From Sedimentisphaerales bacterium (lineage in GTDB: Bacteria; Planctomycetota; Phycisphaerae; Sedimentisphaerales; SM23-30): 64,000 nt of DNA. Positions 52,185 to 61,354 of the stretch are shown here, piece by piece. The stretch spans positions 82,959-146,958 of the forward strand of contig CAXXFK010000024.1 in the NCBI GenBank assembly GCA_963663965.2, read 5' to 3'. The notes below the pieces were generated by a model. The model did no database searches. It was not told where the DNA came from and worked only from the letters and a program-made list of their open reading frames with translations. How positions within the stretch are numbered: position 1 is the stretch's first letter; every line of letters starts with the position of its first letter. Both the position numbers and the translations under genes were made by a program.

Positions 52185-53140
52185 GGTAATAAAGGTTTTT
52201 CTTTGGTCAATAAAAGGCGGCCATCCATGATTTTTATTTTTGCCTTGTCTTTGAGTTCGTTTTGCAATACCGCCACTCGTTGTCGTATCTCCTTATTGCG
52301 AATGATATCGGTTAGTTCGGTACAAACCTGGTTAAAAGGAACCGATTCCGCAGGGTAGATTCTAAGTAACTGGATCCAATACCACATTTCTTTTTGGTTG
52401 TCATCATAAACTGAAAACGGTTCACTGAAATCGCCTTCATTTTTCAATAAAAATGCGGTTTGTCGGACCAGTTGGGGGATGTCAATGTCAGCTTGAGAAA
52501 ATGGGCCCACTTGGCCGTTATTGGCCAGTGAAAGTTGATCCTCAGATAAATCCATTACAATTGCTGTAAAATCTTCTCCATTTTTCAAGCGTTGTCGGGC
52601 CTGATTGATAAGCCTGAAACTACTCGCGACCAATTGTCTTACTACAACTTTTCTGCCATATTGTATTTCATATTCATTTTTGATCATTTTTTCGGTAATA
52701 ACAATATTGGGATCGATCATCTTCTTAAGCAGGGCCTGACGATGCAGTATTAAATCAAAGGTGTTTCTTTCGAATCCGCGTCGTGATAACATATAATTAA
52801 AAATGGCTTCTTGCTGATATCGTGGCTTGTCCGGCGCCAACATTGACAAAGTATGTTCATATTCGGCTTGAATCAGTTCAGGGCCGGCAGATATCCCGCG
52901 TACCTGAGCTTCCTGCTTGACGATCCGGGTTAAAATGATCTCGTCTAAAATCGATCTGGATATTGGATTATAGATAAAGTCAAGAAACTCACGTTGATAA
53001 ATCGGCTGACCATCGACTTCAGCAACTACAGGTTCCAGATAGGATGATTTAATAGCGGATATACTTGGGGGAGATGTCCTGCAACCGGAAAAGGTGATAA
53101 TTATCATAACACATAACATGGATAAATAAAATGGCTTCAT
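52181..53140 (-). CDS. PrsA/SurA-like parvulin PPIase lipoprotein
   Basis: Lipobox FSG-C, VAEVDGQPI, GEDF...LSED.LS..NGQVG. Confidence 0.8.
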   Translation of the reverse strand: MKPFYLSMLCVMIIITFSGCRTSPPSISAIKSSYLEPVVAEVDGQPIYQREFLDFIYNPISRSILDEIILTRIVKQEAQVRGISAGPELIQAEYEHTLSMLAPDKPRYQQEAIFNYMLSRRGFERNTFDLILHRQALLKKMIDPNIVITEKMIKNEYEIQYGRKVVVRQLVASSFRLINQARQRLKNGEDFTAIVMDLSEDQLSLANNGQVGPFSQADIDIPQLVRQTAFLLKNEGDFSEPFSVYDDNQKEMWYWIQLLRIYPAESVPFNQVCTELTDIIRNKEIRQRVAVLQNELKDKAKIKIMDGRLLLTKEKPLLP

Positions 53141-53145
53141 AGACT

Positions 53146-54261
53146 TTATAACCAAAATATAGGATCACGATCTTTTCTACTGACAGTTATGTCCAGTGTC
53201 GGCATCAGAGAACGCATACGGCCGACCAGTTTACGCAGGTAAAACCGCTCAGAATTGCTATGGTTTACAACGATGGCGCTCATGCCGGATTCCTGGATAT
53301 CGATGGCGTGATGATGCTTAATCTCTCCGGTTAAATAGAGGTCACAATTATTTTTTATGGCCTGAAGGTATGCAGAGCCGCAAGAACCGGCAGCAACGGC
53401 TGCTATTTTTACCAACCTGTCACGAGGTCCTATTAGGCCGGCATAATCTATCTTCAATTTATCTTTAATCATATTTATTATTGTTTTCAATCGAATCGGC
53501 TTGATCAACCGTCCATATCTTCCTAATCCGATGTTGTCCTGATCTATGATCATTGGAATAACATCAAACGCCGGTTCTTCATAGCTATGCGCGGATCGCA
53601 TAGCATTAAGCGCCGCCCCCAGATTGGCGGCCGGCACAACGGTTTCAAAGCGATATTCCCGGACCTCCTCGTACGACCCAGGCTGCCCAATGGTTGGATT
53701 GCTTACCTCACCACAGGCAAAACTGCCCTCTCCCAACACTCGAAAAGCACACTTGGAATAATTGCTATCTGGAGTAATTTTTCCACCACCGGCACGATAA
53801 ATGGCTTCGCTGACTGGCTTCAGGTCAGATTCCGGCAGGAAGCACACCAGCTTATATTGCGTTCCGCTAACCGGTTGACGTTTTTCGAGCGGTTCCGGAT
53901 GAGTAATACCAATTATCTCAGCCAATGCATCATTAATCCCACCCGATACGAGATCCAAAGAGCTATGCATGGAATAAACGGCAATATTATTCCTTACTAA
54001 TTCATAAATCAATGATGAGGGGCCTTTCCCCGGAATAATTTTTTTCAAACCCTCCCATATGGTCGGGTGATACGCCATAATCAAATCGCTTTTATTGCTG
54101 ATCGCCTCATCCAAAACAGAACGGGTTAAATCGATTGTCAGCAAAACGCTTCTTATCTTTTGTTGAGGATCACCGCATAATAAACCAACATTATCCCAGG
54201 TTTCAGCCAATTTTAATGGGGCCAGCCTGTTGAATATTAACATGACATCATTTAACTTCAT
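53146..54261 (-). CDS. Nif3/YbgI (DUF34) dinuclear metal protein with inserted PII/CutA-like domain
   Basis: AETWDNVGL, AYHP, HSSLD, AHSYEEPAFD, TGEIKHH and HSNSE. Confidence 0.9.
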   Translation of the reverse strand: MKLNDVMLIFNRLAPLKLAETWDNVGLLCGDPQQKIRSVLLTIDLTRSVLDEAISNKSDLIMAYHPTIWEGLKKIIPGKGPSSLIYELVRNNIAVYSMHSSLDLVSGGINDALAEIIGITHPEPLEKRQPVSGTQYKLVCFLPESDLKPVSEAIYRAGGGKITPDSNYSKCAFRVLGEGSFACGEVSNPTIGQPGSYEEVREYRFETVVPAANLGAALNAMRSAHSYEEPAFDVIPMIIDQDNIGLGRYGRLIKPIRLKTIINMIKDKLKIDYAGLIGPRDRLVKIAAVAAGSCGSAYLQAIKNNCDLYLTGEIKHHHAIDIQESGMSAIVVNHSNSERFYLRKLVGRMRSLMPTLDITVSRKDRDPIFWL

Positions 54262-54272
54262 AAAACCTCCAA

Positions 54273-55139
54273 TTATCTTAATCGTTCGATTTCATTTCGA
54301 TAGGCTTCAGATAATTGCCGATAGAGATCACCGGGTTTGAGAGCGCCGATGGGTATGGTCTCGAATTGCCGAACGGGCATGAGTCCCATGACACTATTGG
54401 TTAAAAACATCTCTGATGAATTACGGATATCCTCCAGGGTCAGTTCTGTTTCCCTGGTTTCAATTCCAATTTGTTTTGCCAGATGCAGTATCAACTTCCG
54501 TGTAATCCCGGGGATTACCGGGGTAAAAAGCGGAGGTGTTAACAACGTGTCCTGATGAACCAGGAATACATTGCTGATACATCCCTGGGCAAGGCGATTG
54601 GCAGGAGTAAACCACAGGGCCTCGCCACACTTCTTTTGTTGAGCTTCCTGCAATGCCATCAGTCTCCCCAGGTAATTTAAGGTTTTATGGCAACAAGCGG
54701 GATCACCCGCGTTTTGACGTAACGAACTCAATGAAGCGACCATCCCCTGATCATAGAGTTCCTGAGGATAGGCTGTAATAGCAGCGCTGGTTATAAACAA
54801 AGTATTAACTGGATCATTCTCTGGATCATGATAACGCAGGTTGCCTGGGGTGATGGTCAGGCGTAACCGGGCGGAGCCGTTTAACTCGTTAGCCTGCAAT
54901 AATTCACTGATAGCATATTCAATATGCCCGCGTTCAATTTTCAGGTGAATTTTGAGGTCATTGGCCGATCGATACAACCGGTCCAGATGGTCATTCAATC
55001 GAAAGACTTTCCCAAAATAACAACTCAGGGTTTCAAACAATCCGACGCCATAAAGAATCCCTAAATCATGAATGGAGATATTCGCCGCTTCAATATCTAC
55101 TAATTTGTCATTTAAATATACAAATTCGGTCTTTCGCAT
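54273..55139 (-). CDS. PLP-dependent aminotransferase class IV (IlvE/PabC-like)
   Basis: YGVGLFETL, HLDRL, HKTLNY, IPGITR and FLTNS. Confidence 0.88.
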   Translation of the reverse strand: MRKTEFVYLNDKLVDIEAANISIHDLGILYGVGLFETLSCYFGKVFRLNDHLDRLYRSANDLKIHLKIERGHIEYAISELLQANELNGSARLRLTITPGNLRYHDPENDPVNTLFITSAAITAYPQELYDQGMVASLSSLRQNAGDPACCHKTLNYLGRLMALQEAQQKKCGEALWFTPANRLAQGCISNVFLVHQDTLLTPPLFTPVIPGITRKLILHLAKQIGIETRETELTLEDIRNSSEMFLTNSVMGLMPVRQFETIPIGALKPGDLYRQLSEAYRNEIERLR

Positions 55140-55143
55140 TATT

Positions 55144-55815
55144 TTACTTTCCACGCTTTCCGCCCCAGAGTTCAATATGCAATCTTGGCCAGAATCTCAA
55201 CCCGTATTGTGTGCAGATTTCGGCTATCAATGGAGCAACGCGGTTATATTCTTCCCGGGTCTGGGCCAAAGGCATCAATCCTGCACGCTCATTATCTGGT
55301 AACTCCAGTTTTTTTAAAAATTCCAGGCTTTCCTCAGCGTCAGCCTGGCCGGAGGCCACACACTTTATCTGGTAAATACTCTTGGTGTATTTTCTGATCC
55401 CCTCAAGATCCAGTACAGGATAATCTGATAATTCATGCATTTGGTTCGAGTTAAGAAGCTTGGGGCTCATACTTATAAGATTACAGTTTAAATCAACATA
55501 ACGTGGAACGGCGGTCTCTATTGTTACATGAAAACCTTCATTACGGATTAATGAAACCAGTTCAGGTAACCCATCCTGTATGAGTGGTTCACCACCAGTA
55601 ATAACAACATAGTGGCAATTGTAAAGACTGATTTGGCCTAATATGGCATCAGGAGACATTTTTGCGCCCGAAGAGTTTTTCCAGGCATAAGCAGTATCAC
55701 ACCACTGGCAACGTAAATGGCAACCGGCAAGGCGAATAAATACTGAGGGTATGCCGGCCAGCAAGCCTTCCCCCTGAATAGAATGAAAAATTTCGTTGAC
55801 TTTGAAGAAGCTCAT
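55144..55815 (-). CDS. queE: 7-carboxy-7-deazaguanine synthase
   Basis: EIFHSIQGEG, FIRLAGCHLRCQWCDT, TGGEP, SPK and PRLH. Confidence 0.9.
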   Translation of the reverse strand: MSFFKVNEIFHSIQGEGLLAGIPSVFIRLAGCHLRCQWCDTAYAWKNSSGAKMSPDAILGQISLYNCHYVVITGGEPLIQDGLPELVSLIRNEGFHVTIETAVPRYVDLNCNLISMSPKLLNSNQMHELSDYPVLDLEGIRKYTKSIYQIKCVASGQADAEESLEFLKKLELPDNERAGLMPLAQTREEYNRVAPLIAEICTQYGLRFWPRLHIELWGGKRGK

Positions 55816-55816
55816 G

Positions 55817-56536
55817 TTAGTAATTAACATATTCTATCGGATCTTTGATACCCACTTGAGCAAATCCGGCAAGTCGCAAACGACAAGAATCGCACTGGCC
55901 GCAGGCCCGATTCTCCAGATCGGGATCATAACAACTGTGTGTCAGGGAATAATCCAGGCCCATACGCATCCCTTCCAGTATGATCTGTGCTTTAGACAAA
56001 TGTAAAAGCGGTGCATGGATCTGAAAATACCCCGTCTTTTCTACACCGGCTTTGGTAGCCAGATTGGCCAGGCTTTCAAACGCGCCTAAATACTCACTTC
56101 GACAATCCGGGTATCCGCTGTAATCCACGGCATTGGCTCCAATAAAAATGTCAAAAGCGCCTAGAACTTCTGCCCATCCCAATGCCAGAGATAACATAAT
56201 CGTGTTCCGAGCGGGCACATAGGTAATTGGAATCTGATCTCCAGAATCTATGTTTTTAGGAACCATTACATCTGCCGTCAGCGCAGATCCGCCAAAAATT
56301 CGGAGATCCAGATCAATTTGTTTATGTTCAGAAAATGATAAGGCTTCAGCTATCTGTCGTGCTTTATCTAATTCACAGCTGTGACGCTGGTTATAATTAA
56401 CAGTCAATGCATAACAATCAAATTCTGATTCACGCGCCAACCCGGCACAAGTATAAGAATCCAGGCCTCCACTTAGCAACACAACTGCTTTTTTAACAGT
56501 TTGCCTGGTATTATGCTGTATGGAATGACTTGTCAT
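55817..56536 (-). CDS. queC: 7-cyano-7-deazaguanine synthase
   Basis: LSGGLDS, TYVPARN, YPDCR and SCY...CGQCDSC. Confidence 0.96.
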   Translation of the reverse strand: MTSHSIQHNTRQTVKKAVVLLSGGLDSYTCAGLARESEFDCYALTVNYNQRHSCELDKARQIAEALSFSEHKQIDLDLRIFGGSALTADVMVPKNIDSGDQIPITYVPARNTIMLSLALGWAEVLGAFDIFIGANAVDYSGYPDCRSEYLGAFESLANLATKAGVEKTGYFQIHAPLLHLSKAQIILEGMRMGLDYSLTHSCYDPDLENRACGQCDSCRLRLAGFAQVGIKDPIEYVNY

Positions 56537-56619
56537 TATTTGAAATCCTTATATAATGATTCTACGTAAGCTAAAGTTTCAAATATAGTTATACATTTAT
56601 TGGACCAGAGAGACAAGCC

Positions 56620-56979
56620 ATGAGTGAAAATAATACTGAAATTCTAGAGACTTTTATAAATCCCAATCCTCAAAGGGATTATGAAATCACTATTCGCTGC
56701 CCAGAATTTACCAGTCAATGCCCTAAGACAGGACAACCTGATTATGGTACAATACAGATAACTTATATTCCTGATCGGGTCTGTATTGAATTAAAATCAT
56801 TGAAATTTTATCTGCAAAGTTACCGGAACCAGGGGATTTTTTACGAGGCTCTGACAAACCGGATTTTAGATGATCTAGTGGCCTGTTGTAATCCGAGAAA
56901 GATGGCTATCTGTGGACAATTTAACGCAAGGGGTGGTATTACTACAGATATCAAAGTTGAATACCGCACAAACAGATAG
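56620..56979 (+). CDS. queF: preQ0 reductase (type I)
   Basis: [21 protein letters not shown] and RGGI; 119 aa. Confidence 0.92.
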   Translation: MSENNTEILETFINPNPQRDYEITIRCPEFTSQCPKTGQPDYGTIQITYIPDRVCIELKSLKFYLQSYRNQGIFYEALTNRILDDLVACCNPRKMAICGQFNARGGITTDIKVEYRTNR

Positions 56980-57046
56980 CGGCAAGAGTATTATTTAATT
57001 GATTTCTTTTAAAAGAATTACGTCCAGACCACTATTCTTGTAGAAC

Positions 57047-57087
57047 AAAAAAGCGAGAGAGGGGAACTATTGCTCGCTCTCTCTCGC
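57047..57087 (-). terminator. Hairpin terminator (T6 on the minus strand); possible 3' end of a small RNA
   Basis: GCGAGAGAG 57053-57061 pairs with CTCTCTCGC 57079-57087; A6 at 57047-57052. Confidence 0.7.
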
Positions 57088-57307
57088 CCAAAGGAGGAGG
57101 AAAATGTTTTAGCTATTAAAGAACGTCTCAATCACGTTCTGTTATTTCTACGTTAATATTAATCGACCGGTTTGATCTTGAATATTAATTTTTTGCACAA
57201 ATAATCTGAAATAAACACAACATAATTTATAGCAACAGGTTATGAATCGTAAAAGTATAATTCTATCTGTATTACTCTAATGTTAAATTGTGAGATATTT
57301 GAGGTTT

Positions 57308-58384
57308 TTAACGATTATTCTGTTCTGGCTGGTATATACAATAGGGTTCAGAGGCTAAAACATTGCCCGTAGTTGCAAATGCCCGGGCTCGACATCCTCC
57401 ACAGACTTTACGGTATTCGCAATAGCCACATTTACCCTTGTAACCTTCTGTGTTACGAATTTCATTAAGATATTCAGATTGAAACCATATACGTTCAAAA
57501 TCTAGGCCTTCATCGATTAAATTTCCAGCGGGAATATCAAGAAAACCACATATTTGTACGGTTCCAACATGCGATATAAAGGCAAAAGACTTCCCCCCCA
57601 TACACCCCCCCGAGGGATGATGCCTGTTAGTCTCCGAATGCATCCGTTTTACGGTAACATTCTGATGCCGTTTCTGACGGATAATTCGCTGGTAATGTGG
57701 TGCGCATGTTACACGGATAGCAATTTCCGCTGAATCCTGTCTATCCGATAACCATTGAAGCGCCGCTTCATATTCATCCGGGGATAATTCCTGGTCTGCC
57801 ATTTCACTGCCCCGACCAGTCGGAACAAGCAAAAATGGGTTATATGTAATCGCACCCAGACCCACGGCCAGATTCAACATTTCGTCTATATAATCTTGAT
57901 TTAATTTTGTTATCGTTGTATTAATTTGAAAAGGCAAATTATATTTCCTGGCATAACCAATGGCACGCAATGCCGTATCAAAGGCGCCAGGCACCCGCCG
58001 TAATGCATCATGAATTTCCGCATTAGGGCCATCCAATGAGATCGAGATGCATTGAATACCACTTTCGATTAGTTTGGGTGTAGTCTGATCATTCATTAGA
58101 TAACCACATGGAGCCATGACCATTCTCAATCCCAATTCAGCGCCATATCTGGAAATTTGATAAATATCCTCACGGAGCATGGGTTCGCCTCCAGTCAGAA
58201 TAATAATCGGCTTGGCAAAACCTGAAATGTTTTCCAGGATTTTTAAACATTGCTCTGTATTGAGTTCATTGGGATAACGAAAATTCTCAGCCGCAGCACG
58301 ACAATGCTGACAGTTCATATGACAACGCCGGGTGACCTCCCAGGCTATTAAGAGGGGAATTGGTCTATGACAGTCTGAATTCAT
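57308..58384 (-). CDS. ahbD: Radical SAM/SPASM protein, AhbD-like heme b synthase
   Basis: IAWEVTRRCHMNCQHCRAAA, LVPTGRG, TCAPHY and CGYCEYRKVCGGCRARA; follows hemC and cobA/hemD. Confidence 0.8.
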   Translation of the reverse strand: MNSDCHRPIPLLIAWEVTRRCHMNCQHCRAAAENFRYPNELNTEQCLKILENISGFAKPIIILTGGEPMLREDIYQISRYGAELGLRMVMAPCGYLMNDQTTPKLIESGIQCISISLDGPNAEIHDALRRVPGAFDTALRAIGYARKYNLPFQINTTITKLNQDYIDEMLNLAVGLGAITYNPFLLVPTGRGSEMADQELSPDEYEAALQWLSDRQDSAEIAIRVTCAPHYQRIIRQKRHQNVTVKRMHSETNRHHPSGGCMGGKSFAFISHVGTVQICGFLDIPAGNLIDEGLDFERIWFQSEYLNEIRNTEGYKGKCGYCEYRKVCGGCRARAFATTGNVLASEPYCIYQPEQNNR

Positions 58385-58454
58385 ATAATATTATATCCTT
58401 TGATAAGCCCTGCTGGTGAAAAAGAGGCTTTTCTCTGCATTTTAAAAAATAAAA

Positions 58455-60002
58455 TTAGTCAGGCCTTGCCTGCTGAACACCCGCGATAGCTTTCACCAGA
58501 CCGTCAATCGTATACTCTGCGGCTTCGATATCAGGTCCGAGATTACAGTCGATGATGGCTTGCGAAGTTATCGGTCCGATGGAGGCGAGTTTGGTTTTGG
58601 AGTTTTTTATGATTTGAGGGGGTATCTGGCGAAAGAAGTTTTTTACGGTTGATGAACTGGTAAAGGTAATCCAATCGATTTCATTGTCGGCTATAAGGGA
58701 TAATACTTCTTCCCGGGGGGCGTCATCCAAAACCGTGCGATATGCTGTCACCTCCTCAACCTCTGCTCCGGCGCTGGCTAGAGCGTCAATCAAATCCGAC
58801 CGCGCAATATCCGAACGAGGCAATAAAACAGCCTTACCACCCAGGGAATCAAGATGGCTTATTTCAGCAAAAATGGATTCTGCCACATATTTTTGCGGTA
58901 TCAAATCTGGAAGGATACCATGTTGCGCCAATCTTTCCGCAGTAGCCGGACCGATGGCACATATCCGCGCTCGATATAAAATGCGGCTATCCTTGCCCAT
59001 CTGGTGTGCGTATTGAAAAAAAGAATTCACCCCATTAACACTGGTAAAGATAATCCAGTCAAATCGTTCAATGGAGGCAATTGCTTTCAACAGCGGCTGC
59101 GAATCATCCGGTGGCATAATCTTAATCGTTGGGAACTCAATGGTATCGGCACCTAGAGTAACGAGTTTATCGACTAAATGACTGGCCTGAGTACGGGAAC
59201 GAGTCACAACAACCCGCTGGCCGAAAAGAGGGCGTTTTTCGAACCAGTTCAAATGTTCACGTAATTGAACCACTTTACCCACCACAATAATCGCAGGTGG
59301 ACGGATTTGTTTTGCCAAAGCAAGTTCAGGCAAAGTTGTAATGGTACCCGTTATCGTTTGCTGTTGTGAGGTGGTCCCCCAGCGAATAATGGCGGCAGGC
59401 GTATCTGGATCCATTCCATTATTTATAAGATTCTGACAGATATCAGGCAGATTTTTAACACCCATATAAAAAGCCAGCGTTCCCTGCCAGCGTCCCAGCG
59501 CCAACCAGTCTACCTGAGACGGCCCGGTTCGATCGGCGGATTCATGACCGGTAATCAATGCGAAATCGCTGGCGTAATCCCGATGCGTTACCGGGATGCC
59601 GGCATATGCCGGGGCTGCGATTCCAGAGGTGATACCCGGAATAATTTCAAAACGAATGCCGGATCGGGCTAACTCGAGCGCTTCCTCTCCACCTCGGCCG
59701 AAAACAAACGGATCGCCCCCCTTAAGGCGAACGACATTTTTTTTCTCTCGGGCTTTTTTTATAATCAACGCTGTAATTTCTTCCTGAGGCAGGGTGTGAT
59801 CACTCCCTTGTTTGCCAACATAAATTAACTCTGCGTCAGCCCGGGCATAATCAAGTAGTTTCCTATTGGCTAAAAAGTCATATATTATTACATCTGCGAC
59901 ACTTATGATTTTCTGTCCACGCAAAGTAATTAAATCTGGATCACCCGGACCGGCGCCCACCAGATAGACAATTCCTGAATTATATTGTTTCGAATTTTCC
60001 AT
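58455..60002 (-). CDS. cobA: Uroporphyrinogen-III C-methyltransferase / uroporphyrinogen-III synthase fusion
   Basis: GAGPGDP and RLKGGDPFVFGRGGEE; HemD half with FTSVNGV, IGPAT, FTSSST and IGPIT. Confidence 0.94.
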   Translation of the reverse strand: MENSKQYNSGIVYLVGAGPGDPDLITLRGQKIISVADVIIYDFLANRKLLDYARADAELIYVGKQGSDHTLPQEEITALIIKKAREKKNVVRLKGGDPFVFGRGGEEALELARSGIRFEIIPGITSGIAAPAYAGIPVTHRDYASDFALITGHESADRTGPSQVDWLALGRWQGTLAFYMGVKNLPDICQNLINNGMDPDTPAAIIRWGTTSQQQTITGTITTLPELALAKQIRPPAIIVVGKVVQLREHLNWFEKRPLFGQRVVVTRSRTQASHLVDKLVTLGADTIEFPTIKIMPPDDSQPLLKAIASIERFDWIIFTSVNGVNSFFQYAHQMGKDSRILYRARICAIGPATAERLAQHGILPDLIPQKYVAESIFAEISHLDSLGGKAVLLPRSDIARSDLIDALASAGAEVEEVTAYRTVLDDAPREEVLSLIADNEIDWITFTSSSTVKNFFRQIPPQIIKNSKTKLASIGPITSQAIIDCNLGPDIEAAEYTIDGLVKAIAGVQQARPD

Positions 60003-60004
60003 GA

Positions 60005-60955
60005 TTACTCACAATTATACCGAATTTCAGCAAGAATGTCTTTTCCTCCTAGTTTTAGTAGTTTCTCTGCTGCCAAACAGCCCAGATTTTTATATTGGTC
60101 CGAATCCCCAGAAACAGAAGTCTGGCAATATTTTTTTCCATCAATACTGGCTATCATACCAACCAGACACAGGCGATTCTCATTCATAACTGCATAAGCG
60201 CCAATTGGAATCTGACACCCCCCTTCCAAAGCATGAAGCATCGTTCGTTCAGCCAGGCAGCATCGAGCAGTCATTGAATGGTTCAAGGGCTGAACAAGAC
60301 TGTGAATTTTAAAATCCTGGCTTCGGACTTCTATCGCCAGGGCCCCCTGCCCCACGGCCGGGATAAATTCGCCGGGTTCCAGTACCTGAGCTATCCTGTC
60401 ATGAAGATTGAGGCGGACCAGACCCGCATGGGCTAAAATGAGTGCGACCGCCGGGCCTTCATCCAGTTTTTTCAGACGTGTTTGAACATTACCCCGGACG
60501 TCTTCTATCACTAAATCTGGTCGGATATGTAACAATTGTGAACGGCGACGTAATGACCCGGTCAAAACCGTAGAACCGGGTGGGATTGTATGCAAATTAT
60601 ATTGATTTTTGCAGACAAGAACATCCTCTGGATGTTCTCTCATCGTGATCGCGCCGATAATCAGCCCCGCAGGCAACGTTGTTGGCAAATCCTTCAAACT
60701 ATGAACAGCAAGATCAATATGACCATCTGTAAGTTCCTGTTCAATTTCACGAGTAAACAGACCTTTATCCCCAATTTTGGATAGCGCCGCATCAAGAATT
60801 TTATCTCCTTTTGTTTTTATGACCTTAATTTCAAAAGGGACATCAGGATGGCAATATTCTAATGCATGACATACCCATTGGGCTTGCCAAAGCGCTAGTG
60901 CACTTCCGCGTGATCCGATAATAACAGGATGTTCAAATGGATTGCTTGAAACCAA
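60005..60955 (-). CDS. hemC: Hydroxymethylbilane synthase
   Basis: GSRGSALALWQ, KGLFT, VHSLKD, RGNVQTR and GGCQIP. Confidence 0.96.
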   Translation of the reverse strand: MVSSNPFEHPVIIGSRGSALALWQAQWVCHALEYCHPDVPFEIKVIKTKGDKILDAALSKIGDKGLFTREIEQELTDGHIDLAVHSLKDLPTTLPAGLIIGAITMREHPEDVLVCKNQYNLHTIPPGSTVLTGSLRRRSQLLHIRPDLVIEDVRGNVQTRLKKLDEGPAVALILAHAGLVRLNLHDRIAQVLEPGEFIPAVGQGALAIEVRSQDFKIHSLVQPLNHSMTARCCLAERTMLHALEGGCQIPIGAYAVMNENRLCLVGMIASIDGKKYCQTSVSGDSDQYKNLGCLAAEKLLKLGGKDILAEIRYNCE

Positions 60956-61354
60956 ATATATTGTAACGTATTGAAAGTAAATTGATTAAGTTTATTTATA
61001 CGATTGATGATATTATATGACCATTGAACGATTAAGGCAAGATTTTACAAATAAATCGTTACTGTGATGGCTATTTTTGTTCATTGGGTTCGTTATGTAC
61101 GTCTGATCTGAATAGCACATTTACTTTCCGATTAAATGGGAAACCAGATAACATATAGCACAATCATGAATGGGTTCGTTTGGTGAGTATACACAACATG
61201 ATCTGTATAAATAACTTATAATCAGATAAAACACTACCAACGACTTTTAATAACAAATACTTTCTAACATTTTATTATTTTGTTACAAAATTTAATTAAT
61301 GCCTATCGCGCCACAGTAGCTTGTTATATTATTAACATATATTCCGCCATTTCT

